Shown: positions 12,430-25,905 of the stretch, piece by piece
Layout of the letters: every line of letters starts with the position of its first letter
Numbering within the stretch: position 1 is the stretch's first letter
Assembly (NCBI RefSeq): GCF_006345805.1
Contig: NC_043008.1
Location: 26,660,001 to 26,724,000 of the forward strand
Length of the DNA stretch: 64,000 bases
Direction of reading: 5' to 3'
DNA from: Octopus sinensis
Taxonomy: Eukaryota
Made by a program: the position numbers and the translations under genes
Notes under the pieces: model-generated
What the model saw: only the letters and a program-made list of their open reading frames with translations
What the model was told of the DNA's origin: nothing
Databases searched by the model: none

Positions 12430-12800
12430 TTATAAACTTAGTTAAATCTATCTGCTCAAAGATACTTGATAACAGCAACAACAGTAGCAACAAGACCATC
12501 ATCACCACATTCAACAATGCTAACAGTATCACCCCATCACCACTACCACCATCATTATCATTACAGCCATTAGTATCATCATTATCAAACTCTATCATCA
12601 CCTTCAACAACTACCCCTCTCATCTTATCAGCACCATCATAACTACTTCAACCATTACCATCTCCCTTTATTATGACCATCATTACAACCCCACTATCAA
12701 CATTGCTCTCCCACCTCAATTACCTCTACTATCACCACATTACCACTATCCCTGTCACCAGCATCCCCATCACCACTATCACTGCCACCACCATTCCTGA
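12430..12800. repeat. Degenerate (CAT)/(CAC)/(CAA) low-complexity tract
   Basis: Imperfect trinucleotide arrays. Confidence 0.85.
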
Positions 12801-13004
12801 TACAACCTAAGCTGAAGGACAAAACATCAAAAGCAAACCAAGAATTACAAAATGAAGAATTGCATGAAGAATTACAAAATGGAAATAATAGTTCAGTGAG
12901 TGAAAACAAGATAAATGTTTGATAATATGGTAAAACCTCCCTTCTGGCTCTAGCAGAGTACAAGGTGACAGAGTACATTAAGTGAAATTGCTGCTGTTAT
13001 TGTT

Positions 13005-13190
13005 GTAGTTGTTGTTGTTGCCATGTAGCTCAAAGTTAACAGACCTGTTCTCAAACCTATGTTCAAAGGAATTCCAGCCATGGCTTTGTCGTCTTTTATT
13101 ATCCAAAGTACCCCTTTTATTTCATGACAGTATGGTATGATTTGAGGGAAATGTAGCTGCTATTTTCAGGGCAAAGAACCTCTCTCATTG
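13005..13190 (-). mobile_element. Family E short retro-element relic
   Basis: (gtt)n then caaacctatgttcaaaggaattccagccatgg...gatttgagggaaatgtagctgctatttt; similar relic at 13940-14120. Confidence 0.55.
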
Positions 13191-15704
13191 GCTCACCAAT
13201 GTTGTTATTATCTGTATGGTTTGCATATGGAAATACTCTGTAAGAGCAGCAATGGTAATTTTATTGTTGCCTTGTTGAGAGTATATTTCTAATAATAGTG
13301 ATTGTAAGGAGGAGGAGAATGAAGAATAGGAGAAGGAGAAGGAAAGGATGTTGTTAATAAATATTGCAATTATCATGATGAACGTTTTCTATCCATATAT
13401 ATAATTAGTAACCAATGAATGGCTGACAAATTTTATAATTCCACTCATGGCAATTTTATAATTGAAGAAATATAAAAAATAAAAAATTCTCAACTATTTT
13501 CTGCATTATTATTTTTTTTATTTATTTTATCTTTCAAAGTGATTCAAGTTGTTGTACTGGAATGTACCACTTCATATTTCCAAATCTTAGTTCAAACTAG
13601 ATTTATTTTTTTAGATTCTTTCATTATAAATTTATGATGTTGAAGATGTTACTAGAACTTCCTATATTTATTAGTTTTCTCTTATATTATTATAATAAAA
13701 TAAATAATGATGGTGATGATGATGGCGGTTGTTGTTGTAATTGTTGCTGCTGTTGTTATGAATAATAATATAAAGGAATTGAACAGATTTCTGGTATATA
13801 TATTATTCAATTTGTCTAACGGCAGAATGGATAAAGCATTTTTTTTACAAGATTTGAATATAAGTATACTTAAAGGATTTTGTTATAAATTTGGGTGCTA
13901 CATAACTCTGTGTTTATCATGTTTATATAACTGGTCCTGTTGTTTAAGTTCAGGTTAGCTTTGATCCAGTGAACTCATGATCAAAGTCATTCGAGTTATG
14001 ACCATTCCATTTTTAAATCAGGCTTAACATTTGTAAGATACTATTCATTGACTTTTCCATTAAAGACAATTGAGAGTGATTTGAGGAAGCTTTGACTTCT
14101 CTTTCCAGCATGCTGAATGAATGTGCCGAAGCTCTTTTATTATTTTATTGGTTCATAGCAGTACATCTATAATCAATGGCATTCAGGTCAAAATTATTCA
14201 CTTTTTCATTCAGTCATAGCATATATCTGTAACTATGTATGATTTATAGGAGCTTTGGTTGCTATTCCTAGCAGTTTGGGAGACTGTATAGAGGCTCTCT
14301 CTCTGTCTCTCTTTCACTCTCTCACTCACTTCCTCCCTTCTCTCTTTCTCTCTTCCCTCTCTCTCCTCTCTTTCTCTCCCCCTCTCCCCTATCAGCCATT
14401 CAAATAAATTTTAGAACAGAATATTTTTGGTACCCATTTTTTTGAGAAATGATGTTATTTTTATGATCAAGCATCAAGAGGAATGGTTAAGTAATAATCA
14501 GTATTATAGATATGTTTTTTATTTCAGTAATTATTCTGTAATTAACCTCATCATATTCTTAATGCTTCTACAACAACTAGAACATGGATGTATGTAATAT
14601 TTTTTAAATAATTCAGTCTTACATAATTTTTTTATCTCTCATATCTATATATCTCTAATATTTTTCCTATTGATATCAATATGGCTCATCATATTTCATT
14701 TGTATCTCATGATTTTATGAGGCATTGCTCTGGAAATAAACAGGTAACATGGATATAATAGATATGAGCATGTCAATTTTGTTTTACATCCGAACTACAG
14801 CACAGTTCAGGGAATGTTTCTCATTCTGGATCTCACGCAGGCAGAAATTGATTTCTTCTACACATAATTCCATGATGATTTCACAGGATCATTCCTCAAT
14901 TTAAGTTTCTGTAAGATTAAATGAATGTGAGAATAAAAATGTCCCACTGGAGAGAATGCTGGTCTATTACAAATGATTTCCCCATTATTTCTAGCACTTG
15001 TTCTTTAGAATTAAATGGACTATGATACATAGCATAATAAAGTGCACTACAAGATGTCCACTCAATGCTTAAGCTTTTGAACACAAATCTGGTAGTTAAT
15101 AAGATAGTCACTAAGCAGATTTTACTTGTACCAACACCAAAAAATTAGAATTATGCACTAATTCACAAGATTCTTCAAAGTTGAAGGGACTTTTACATGT
15201 TCTTATGTTGCAGGTTTATTGGTAAGAATGCTGTCTAGCTAGCTGCACTGTTTGATGAAGTTTCCACTTATTGTGAAGAAATAGTTCTTTGTGTATTCAA
15301 GATTTATTGACAAAATAAAGTGAAGAAAGTTATGTTGAAAATAAGATACAAAGTTTCACAGGCTGAATAGTTAAAATACTGAATTCTTCAGAGAACTGTT
15401 GTAGATATGTATCTAACCAATGATACTGTTTTGGATTAGGAGAGTGAATATCTCATAGTTTGACTAGTCAAGAGACCTCTTACAATGTCTTTAACTAGAA
15501 TAAGATATTCTAGTTAAAGAAATATCTATGCTGATATTTGAAACCAAACTATAGTAAAAGAGAGATTACCAGATATTTGAATTTGAAATAAGGCACCACC
15601 AAATTTAAAAAGCCATTCTTCACTGATGAAACAGTATTAGTAATAAAACCAATGTAGCTGGAGCAGATATCCATATAAGATGGTTGAGAGTAAAATTCAT
15701 TTTA

Positions 15705-15925
15705 TGTGTGCGTGAAGGCATAACCATTCAGTTAAGAAGCTCACTTCACATCCAAATGGTTCTAGGTTGTTTCAACAAACCTGCATCACTGAATTATGCC
15801 AAAAAACTTATTTTTTCTATCCATGTGACTAAAATAAGCACTGAAATTGATGTGATTAATTAAGAGCATTCAAAGTGGTGCTCTAGTATGGCCAAAGTTA
15901 ATCAAATGACTTAAATCAGGAAAAT
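15705..15925 (+). mobile_element. Old family B SINE relic
   Basis: Decayed head and 3' block gtggtgctctagtatggccaaag...caaatgact. Confidence 0.45.
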
Positions 15926-16722
15926 AATAAAAGCTGAGAGTAACAAAATTGAATCCTTTAAATAGTTTCTTTCTAAAGCACACTTACAAAATTTTATAGC
16001 AGAGAGAAAGACAATGAGATTGTGTGATGTTCATGTAAAGACACTCTATTCATGAGTAACTTACTTTTTGGTCATTAGTACTACATATGCAGATATATAC
16101 AATACAGTCAGATTGTCAGAACCTACATCTTCTCGCTTTAATGATTATAACCTTAGAATGATTTTTGAGCTAGACTAAATATTTATGCTTACATAAAATT
16201 AATAAATTCTGCACTGACTTCAAAATGTGTTGGTGGAGGAAGTTATTTGAAGAAGGTATTAGAATTTCAATAAACTAAAGATAGATGGTAGAGGTGACAG
16301 TGGCTAATGTTGTTATTGATATTATATCTAAAAAAAAAGGAAAGATTCAGCTTCACACTCTAAATTAATATCTAATAAAATATGAAATTCAAATTCAAAT
16401 CTAAACAAATTCTCTTTGAGGGAATAATGTATCTCAAAGAAAGGTCAATAACTACAAACAGTTCTTCAAATAAAAGTATCTGGTGCAGACAACCAGCTAG
16501 TTAAATCGACCATTTATAATTTCATAACCTGTTCAGAATTAGAATCCTCTATCAGATTTTTTTTACTCATTCATCTTTTCCTTGCTGAAGCAGCTATCAT
16601 CATATTTAGCCTCCTAAAACATCAATTTACAGCAATTCAGATGGGAGATCAAAAACTTGGATTCTTATAAAGCAGCTTAACATCAAGGGATTCTTTCATC
16701 TTATGATGGAGAATCTGATGAG

Positions 16723-16760
<38 letters not shown>

Positions 16761-17140
16761 ATATAAAATCTTAAATAAGGTTTATAAAAGATGTTTTTAA
16801 TGTTTTATCTTTTCATAAATTCATGTTCATTACAATGTTTCATTGCTAGAAAATTTATGTTTAGATATGGCTAAAGGATAAGTACTTATTTATTCCATGA
16901 TTTTATGTAATAAAAAGTATTAAAGAATCAGTCAACGTTTCCTGATCGGATGTATCCATCACTAGGGTAATAATTTTTTGGCATTTTCCCTATAACCTTG
17001 ATACTTGTTCATTACAATCAAGGGAATTAAAATATGTTTGTGTATGTGTGTGTGTGTATGTGTATGCATTATCATAGCAGGAACAATAAAAACTCCTGCA
17101 GCAAATTTGAATAAAGAATGAAACAGACTACATTGTTTTA

Positions 17141-18034
17141 AGAGGTGGCGTCAAAAAGTTCCTGAACTAGTTCTACTGCGTGACAACAGATGGAATCATA
17201 TGCTTGCATTCACTGTGAGAGCTAGCAGTGACCTTCATGAGGCAGTGTGTTAAGTGACATCTCTGTGTTTACTTTTCAAGTTGTGAAATTTGTGTTTTTG
17301 TGTTCATGTGCATGACGTAGTTTGCGATTTTGTCATGAACAGGCACATAGAGCCAACGTGAAAGCTTGCTTTAAACTTGAGAAATCTGCTACAGCAACAA
17401 TGAGCATGCTTTGGCAAGCTTTCAGTGATGAGGGAATGGGTTGTATGTAATATTTTGACAGGCATGGGCACTGCAAAAGTGGAAGAAATTCCTTGAAAGA
17501 TGATGAGCAATATGGAAGAAATGTGGTATTGTGCATCAAGAATTCATCCCCCAGGGCCAGACTGCCAATTGAGAGTTCTACTGTGAAGTTTTGAAGCATT
17601 TGAGGGAGGACATTTGGTGAAAGCAACTGGATCTGTGGAGTGCAAAGAATTGGATTTTCATAATGACAACGCACCCTGTCACTGAGCTCTCCTCACTCAT
17701 GAGTTTCTCACCCAGAACAGCATAGTATTGCTTCCACATCCATCCTATTGGCCAGATTTAGCCTCTGTGGATTTCCATCTCCTCCCTAAGATGAAAATAC
17801 AGCTCAAAGGTTGCCATTTTAACAACATTGTCGTGATCCAGAGTGAATCACAGAAGATCCTCAACTCACTTGCGGAAAATAGCTACCAAGCCAAATTCCA
17901 AAAGTGGAAGCAATGCTGGGACCAATGTCTTGCTGTGAAAGGTGACTATTTCGATGGCAATGAGGTTAAAACTTATGTAAATAAGTTATTTTTGTTAAAC
18001 ATAAAGAGTCTGAAAACATTTTGATACCACTTTG
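17141..18034 (+). mobile_element. Internally deleted mariner transposon
   Basis: TA at 17139-40 and 18035-36; imperfect TIRs agaggtggcgtcaaaaagtt / acattttgataccactttg; GIVHQEFIPQGQT, HNDNAPCH, HPSYWPDLASVDFHLLPKMK, KGDYFDG; deletion near 17520. Confidence 0.92.
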
Positions 18035-20134
18035 TAAAGTCTTTATAACCTGGTTGTCGAGAGTTATTTGAATGTTCATTGTTTAAGCGTTACCCACACG
18101 GCATGAAAGTGTCATCAACTATTTTTATTCTGAGATATGTAATTTAAATATTTTGGAGAAAAAACATTGATATTTTAAAATTGTAAATAAGCAGATAATG
18201 TTCAGTGTTGATTTTAGTATCTAGAAATTTTGGAAATCATTTACCCTCCTCTCTATCAATATGCTGTTGTAACAAAAATATATTAATATTTTGCTAGCTT
18301 AGCTGATCTGTTTGAAACTTGGTACCATGGGAAAGGAAAATGACACACAACTGATATCATCAGAAGCACTGTTAATGAAATGCATGGTTTCTTAGTTTGT
18401 AGTATTGCATCCAAGTTGAGTTTAAACCCTATGTAATGTGAAGCTAGTTTACTGTAGATGTACAAGATCAAAAACAAAGTTTTCACATTATATACTGTAA
18501 CTAAATTTGATGTGAAATATGCACATATATTACTTTCAATATGTACAAATTAAACATATCTAGATAAAAAAAAAATGCAATATTACTATTCAAATCATAG
18601 TGACTTGGTTATTTTCAAAGATATTGTAGCAAGGTTCTGACTAAATTTCGATCCATCATTCTTAGGTTTCTGAGTTCTGGACCACGGTTTACCATACTGC
18701 CATAACAGGAAACGTGTCACTATTAAATGCATTAATGCTTTCACACCAATTCAGTATTGGCTAACTTGTAATGGTGTACTTATGAACCTTAAAGGAAGTG
18801 TGCCAGCTTCCCACAAAATAACTTAATTGAATATTCTAGATAATTTTGCATATTGTTATAAAAAGTTGATAGATTCAATCCCAGACTAGAGCTACCCAGC
18901 AGTCCAGATTAATGTTGTTTTGTTCAGCGAAATGGTTTCTCAACTTCTTCTGCATTTCCTTATTTAACATGCTTGTGTTATGTTTGACAAAAGGTATCAG
19001 CCTTTCACTGTAATGTCAAATCATTCACAAATACTTTTATGCAGTAGTTCTAACACATTCTACTTGTTCTCTTATCAGAAAAATGAATTACTTTCATAAC
19101 GTTATCTAGTGTATTGCATTGCAGAAGACTTTTAATCATTCCATTCACTATTTCATGAATACCATTCCATCAAATCAAATATTTATACGTATGTAAATAG
19201 AAACATTCCATGTTAAATAAAAATATATGAAAATTCAGATAAATATTAGTGTGGTCATTTTCACCTTCACATGCAGTCTACTTGATATTATGTTATCAAC
19301 ATTCTAGGTTTTGGATAGAGATTAAAATGGTTGTTAGTGGAGATTTGGCTGCTATTTCTAGTAGGGATGAAGCAGATACACAGAGGTCCTGTAGATTATA
19401 TGATTCATAGCTGTAAGCAGAGAGAATAACTGTAAATGATTATTTTCCAGAGTTGTGTTATATTGCTCCCAAGAGCAAAACCACTTGTGATAGTCTGGTA
19501 TCATATCCAGTGGGAAATGATTCTCATCCACAGAAACTAAAGATGAACCCCCAGCTCTATGGATTCTTTTGATCAAGAAAATATAAACAATTTTATCAAC
19601 AATTTAGAGATGAAAGTCAACTTTGTCCCTCGAAAAATTTCAACTTAAAAGGAAGAATGAATGTATATATTGAGATTCATTATTTATAGGATTTTCTCAC
19701 GTTATCAATATTTACAGTTTAATACTAGTTCTCTTTGAATATAAAGCAAACTGTTCTTTCCAAACTTTCTTACAATTCAATTTCATAATAACCATTATTG
19801 CATTTCTGCAAATAAGAAAAACAAGCCAAATTCATAATACTTTAACCATGTTAACAGAAGTGTTTAGCTGTTTTTTACTTCTTTCAGCAGGAATAGCAAT
19901 ATTTTAATGTGTAAAATTATTGGAATATTATTTCAACAGAATATATGAATTTTCCTGTAGCCTCATTTATTAGGCTTGTAAATCATGTAAACATCAAAAT
20001 AGTTTGGTTATACACTATTATTTGTTTAATTTTATAGACCAGTGAAAATGGTTGAACCCAAATTAAATAGTCTACAGTAATGTATTTCATTCATCATGAT
20101 TTTGAGATCAACTCTAGTTTGTTATTTTTTAAAA

Positions 20135-20165
<31 letters not shown>

Positions 20166-20785
20166 TGTTAATCAATTTGTGTTGCAAAATTTCTGATGTG
20201 AAATTGTGTTGAAACAGATATTGTCATTTTTTTTATATAGTGATAAATATAGAAAAATAATAATAAACAAAACAAAATAAATAAATATATTTGTCACTTA
20301 CCTGTGATGAATATTAAAAACATAGAGATAGATGAAAAAAATAAAGGGCATGAATACAAAGAACATAAGAAGCAAACCCATAAACACACACACAATAACC
20401 TCACAGAGGGCTACAACAATATCAACAACTCAACTAACAATGACAGCAGCAGTGGTGGTGACAGCGATGGCAGTAACAACAACAACAACAACAACAATAA
20501 CAACAACTACCACGATGGCAACATTGCAGGTGGACATACAAACACAGAGAGATACAGGAACTGTACCAAATTTTCAGGTCCAAGGACAGCATCATCACAA
20601 TAGGGTGAGAGGATGGGGCTGTGGGGAAGGCCATAGTGCTGCTAAGAACAATGACACCAACAAGCATATGCATATACACACACAAACACAGATGCAAACA
20701 CATGCACACATAAGGATGCACATCATAGAAAATCAGAATGGAGTAAGTGGAGCCAACGCATACACAAAAACAAAAAGTATTGCAT

Positions 20786-20929
20786 AAGAGGTCCCAGATG
20801 TATGATGAAAGATTTCCAGACAATAGACATAAGTTAAAACAAGAAGAGTAATAAATGAGTGAAGAACAAATATATAGTGCCTGTGTTTATTTGGCAAATA
20901 AAAGAAAAATGACCATCCCAAAATACAAC
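20786..20929 (+). repeat. Solo arm of the foldback family seen at 56513-56862
   Basis: aagaggtcccagatgtatgatgaaagatttccagacaat...tttatttggcaaa...gaccatcccaaaata matches the reverse complement of 56513-56660. Confidence 0.75.
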
Positions 20930-21329
20930 TAGCCCCACCCCTACACATTCCTATTCCACCTTCCCTATCCTTCCCACCTCACCTCATCCTATCCCTTACA
21001 CCCTCTCCCACATACCCCACCCTCTGCCTACCCACAAACACCTACCTCTACTCCCACCCTCTGCCTACCCACATATCCCAACTCTACACCAACCCGCAGC
21101 CTAACCCACGCACCACCAGTGCTTTCCCCACTCTCACCCCCACCTCCCACCCCACCACACTACACATCACATCACAAAACGCCACCCACACACCAGCACT
21201 AATCAATTCCCATCCCCACATTTTCACACCTACACATACACACATGCACACGTCAAGCCCACCAGTCCTCTTTCACATGCACATACGTACTCTCTTACAC
21301 ACATGCGCACCTTCGTTTTGGGGATTACC

Positions 21330-21552
21330 TTTACTCCCCTACTTCTTCACTCTCCTATCTGACCCTTCAGTCTGGCAGTCGCCATGATAGATTGGTAGCC
21401 ACTACACACATTTTTTTTTCTCCCCTTGTTTCTTTCTGTGTTCCTTTCTGTAGGAAACGTAAAAGACGTTTTCAATTCCTGAGCGTTATACTAATACATC
21501 TATTTGTTTTCTACACCACCTGTCTTTGTCTTTTGTTTTTTTCGTGAACTCT

Positions 21553-21555
<3 letters not shown>
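21330..21555 (+). mobile_element. Penelope-associated terminal-repeat-like relic abutting (TA)n
   Basis: Hammerhead-like remnant ctttCTGTAG-GAAACGTAaaag (21444-21465); family assignment is inference. Confidence 0.45.
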
Positions 21556-21617
<62 letters not shown>

Positions 21618-21634
21618 ATGTGTGTGTGTGTGTA

Positions 21635-21715
<81 letters not shown>
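21555..21715. repeat. (TA)n-(TG)n-(TA)n microsatellite
   Basis: Direct tandem arrays. Confidence 0.98.
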
Positions 21716-21720
<5 letters not shown>

Positions 21721-22187
21721 GAAAAAAATGCAATAGAGGACAATAAAACATTCAGACAGATAGACGATACAAAGGCAGACAGGAGAAACAATAATTAGAA
21801 GGACAGGTGAAAAAAGACAGGTCATTTGTGGCCTTCTTTCCTCAGTCAATTTACCAGAAGTCCTTACTGTTTTGGGCAGTTATACTTGAGATTGTTCGAT
21901 CTGGTTACCCCCCAAAATGTCTAAGCTAAGAGCATTAGATTTTTTTGCAAGAAAGCTAGTGAATGTGTACCACAACAAAGACAAAACACAGAAAAAATTG
22001 GTAACAATTACAAATACAAACAACAAGAATATAACAATAGATGTCTTTCAACTGAGAATGAATGAATGAATGAATGAAATTGAGTTGGCATGTATGAAGT
22101 GAAAGCCTAAAAACAGAAACATAAGAGAGGCTAAGAAAGAAGGATCATGGCTGGCCGAACACTGGTCTCATGGAAGGAGGAAGGAGG

Positions 22188-22234
22188 ATATATATATATA
22201 TATTTGTGTGTGTGTATATACATATATATATATA

Positions 22235-22279
<45 letters not shown>

Positions 22280-22325
22280 ACATATATATATATACTCACA
22301 CATATATGAATATGAATACATACAT

Positions 22326-22356
<31 letters not shown>

Positions 22357-22386
22357 ATATATATATATATATAATATATATATATA
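22188..22386. repeat. Compound (TA)n microsatellite
   Basis: Direct tandem arrays. Confidence 0.95.
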
Positions 22387-22740
22387 TCATCATCATCATC
22401 ATTTAACGTCTGTTTTCCATGTTGGCATGGGTTGGACGGTTTGGCTGGGGACTGGCAAGATAGGAGGCTGCACAAGGTTCCAATCTGATCTGGCAATGTT
22501 TCTACAGCTGGATGCCCTACCTAACACCAACCACTCCGACAGTGTAGTGGGTACTTTTTACATGCCACCAGCACGTGGAGCCAGTCAGGTGGGTCTGGCA
22601 GTAACCCACTCATGAATGGTGCTTATTGCATACCACTAGGACTGGTATTAGCTACAACCACAATTTTCCTTTGATTGTGATTTGATTTGGTTTTGATTTA
22701 CTTGACTCAATAGGTCTCTTTATGCACAGCATATTGCCTA
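22387..22740 (-). mobile_element. RTE-type 3' end with (GAT)n tail
   Basis: catcatcatcatttaacgtctgttttccatg...tctacagctggatgccctacctaacaccaacc is the reverse of the tail at 44450-44604. Confidence 0.85.
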
Positions 22741-23249
22741 ATGATTCAAAGGTACTTTTTAAATGGTTGGGAAAGCAGACATGCAAATAATGATGACATA
22801 TTCTAAGATGTTGTTACTGGGTTAGGTTTGATAGTTATCATATTGATAAGCATTCAACATTAAAACTAGCAACATGAAGCACAAAAATATAATTAACATT
22901 CACAGTCAATTTTATTGACTGCGATGTTAAAACTTTAAAGATTGGCAACTATGTCCTGAAAAATATGCCAGATAAAGAAGTCCTACATACAGGATCTGAA
23001 AATATGAGAGCCTTGGAGGGATGTGGCTGGAATATCTATGGTCATAGTTCTGCTCAATCAAAACTTGCCTAAAATTAAGCGCCAATAATAACAAGTATAC
23101 TCTTACTACCAACTTTACTCATCAAATACAGCAACTTAATATACTGTTGGAAACCATCATTGGAGACACTTGAATGTGAACAATACATCCTGATACAAAC
23201 ACCAATGCAGGTAATGTTAGCAGTGACATAGAGTCATCATAACTCAATT

Positions 23250-24280
23250 TACATTTTGAACAGCTAACATAAAAAACCCACCCACACATCAACAACATCA
23301 AGTTAAGCATAGCCACACTCTTGCCATTGCTTTTTGCTACACTCACATAGCCCTCACAGTTATTGGTAAAACATTCACAAATCAATGTCAGAGAAGAAAA
23401 CACTTTTATAAATTGGAAAACCATCAGTGGAAACACGTTCACCAGAAAACAGATCAGGTTCACAGAATATAATAAGAGCATAATCACTGCTTTGCATAGG
23501 TTAAAAGAAATAGAAATGCTTACAGAAAATGACAAAATAATCTCCTAAATTAGCATAAAAAACAAACAATCTTTATTATATAACCGAAACTGGCAATCTG
23601 AGGAAAACAGGGAACAATCTCATGCAAACTAATCTAACACAACCAAATATCAGCTTAACAGAAATAAAATTCAACATTAAGCAACTAAACAAGAAAACGA
23701 AATAGGAAATCAAACTAAAGCAAAACAAATAACTTACAAACATTTCTATCCAATACTAAACGAAAAGCAAACAGCAAAATACTACACAATGTAATTATTA
23801 GCATTGATACCTATATGAATAGCTACACTACATGTATCAAAAGAGCAACTTCAAATAGTATACCCAACAGTCAGCAAAATCTCTTATTTATTTTACTAAA
23901 ATTATTCAGTGAAAGAAAAAAATTCCATTAAATACTAGAAAAGCAATATGCTGCCTCACAAACTACAAACATACATCTTCAAATTCTTATATAAGTATTG
24001 CAAAATTCTCAGAGTCAAGAAGAAACTTGAATTTTTTTTATTTTATAGCCAAATGAACATCCACATGAAGAAGCAGCACAACAGAGTTAAAACTGTGATC
24101 TTGTGGTTTGTAGACAGATGATCTTCCATAGATTGATACAATACAGCATTAGAGTAAAGATATAACATCATATTTAAAGTCGCTTGATTTTGAGCTGATA
24201 TTTTACTTGATTCAACTTTGAATTTTGATAGGGGTCAACCAATGCCAGTTGGTGGATATCCTTAAAGATTCCAAATTTGT
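23250..24280 (+). mobile_element. Possible old Penelope-like element relic
   Basis: THPHINNIKLSIA resembles the Penelope RT thumb, YITETGNLRK resembles the GIY-YIG YIG motif; heavily decayed. Confidence 0.4.
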
Positions 24281-24699
24281 CCTGTTTTTATTAAGTAGGT
24301 ATTTTAATGTACAGCTGCATCTGCTTAGTGATCAGAGTAAATGGTCACTTATTGGAATCATTTAAGATAATATGCACAGGATCTCACTGTCATTTCTTCT
24401 GTAGTTACTGACTCCTCCTACTGAAATTGAAGTTGTTGAGGACCATCCTATTTGAATGGGGATGCAGAAGATCAATGTTGGCATATGCAAGCTATGTTAA
24501 TGCAATGGTGAAGGGCACCATAGAAATTGACGTGGTTGATATCACCCCAAAGGAGTATGAGACTGGGACATGAGCAAAAATGAACCAGGAAAACGTGGTG
24601 AACTTATGACTCTCCACCTGGAGGGGTAAGTTCATGTAATCAAATGGCATCGTAATATGCTGAACAGATGGTTCTATTAAGTTGATGGTACTTCGATTC

Positions 24700-25200
24700 A
24701 GTATGAGTCTCTAGGTAGCTAAGAACTCAGACAAGGTTATATCCATGGTGGCCAGTCTCAGAAATATGCTGAAAGAAAGCTATCCTTGAAAGATCAAGCA
24801 GATGACACACGTCATCTCTTTACTGCCTGTTGTTGTGACTAACCTGTTTCTCATCTGGACAGGTTGGAGTATCTGCATTTTTTGCTTCTTGTGGAGGGTA
24901 TGCATTGGTCATCATCTTTTGAAGAGAGCACTCTGTATACCATGACTGTCAATGTGCTGAGGCTATGACATCTACGAAAATTCCAAGTGTGTACAACTGT
25001 GTTGTCCTTTGCTAGGCATGTCTTTCTACAGCCTTTAATAGAGCTTCAATTCTGGGACATGCAATAAATAAGATTGGGTACTTGGCATCAAGAATGCTCT
25101 TGGGTGCTTATAGTACACTATCAGTTGGGTAATGCAGTTGGTGAAACACCAATATTGGTAACCTAGAGAAAGCTAGTGGTGAAGTAGTGGCAACATTCTT
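24700..25200 (+). mobile_element. Old L1/Tx1-type ORF2 3' relic
   Basis: Colinear nucleotide matches to 33740-34160: gctgaaagaaagctatccttgaaag vs gctgatagaaagctgttcttgaaag; tcagttgggtaatgcag identical. Confidence 0.65.
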
Positions 25201-25759
25201 GAGGTGGGTGGTATGGTTGGTAGATATATAGGCAAGGAGGTAGGTCGATGTATATATATTTTGTGTTTATGTGTATGTATGCATGTTAGGTCCTGACTGT
25301 TAATTTATTTAGAGAAATTTTACAATACCATTAGTTGTTAGAAAGTTGGCTGATAAAGATTCTTCAGAAGATAAATAGCATTTAAAAGGTTTTCTCATGT
25401 TGTTGAACACTTCTTTAACTTTTAATAAGATATATTATCATTTAATCAATCCGAAATGAATCATTTTTACATAAAAAAATTCCAGGCTGTAATTCTACAA
25501 TCAAACAATGCAGAATGAGTAGCTAAATTGTCACTGTTGATTTAAGCTAAGTGGAAATCTCCATAGCATCCCAGAGGATCTTAAGAACTGATTCTTAATG
25601 CCAGTTGCAGATGCTACTCAAATTTTCCTCTGAAAAGAACCAAGTTGTCACAGATAAAAATCTTATCCAGTTGATATTTTTGACAGCATTATGAACTGAA
25701 ATTGTGTATTATTATGAATACTAACCTAATCCAAAGCAAAATTTTTGTCATTGTCATCG

Positions 25760-25905
25760 TCATCGCTGGCAGTGGCACTGTTGTCATCATTTTTATTATT
25801 TTATTATCCACATTTTCCAATGTTGCATGGGTAAGATGGAATTTGTTGAAGGAGATTTTCTACAGCTGGATGCCCTTCCTGACACTAACCCTCACTTGAT
25901 TAAAC
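25760..25905 (-). mobile_element. RTE-type tail fragment
   Basis: ttctacagctggatgcccttcctgacactaacc. Confidence 0.6.

Noticed and set aside
19358-19576. 72-aa minus-strand ORF with protein-like composition
   Set aside because: No convincing splice sites, no recognisable motif, and its end overlaps a repeat relic.
20304-20823. Poly-Asn/Thr/Cys ORFs
   Set aside because: Driven by (AAC)n and (CAG)/(GGT) tracts; no splice or domain support.
24300-25200. Gypsy/BEL pol relic
   Set aside because: Only vague peptide resemblance; direct nucleotide similarity to the Tx1 ORF2 at 33740-34160 explains it better.
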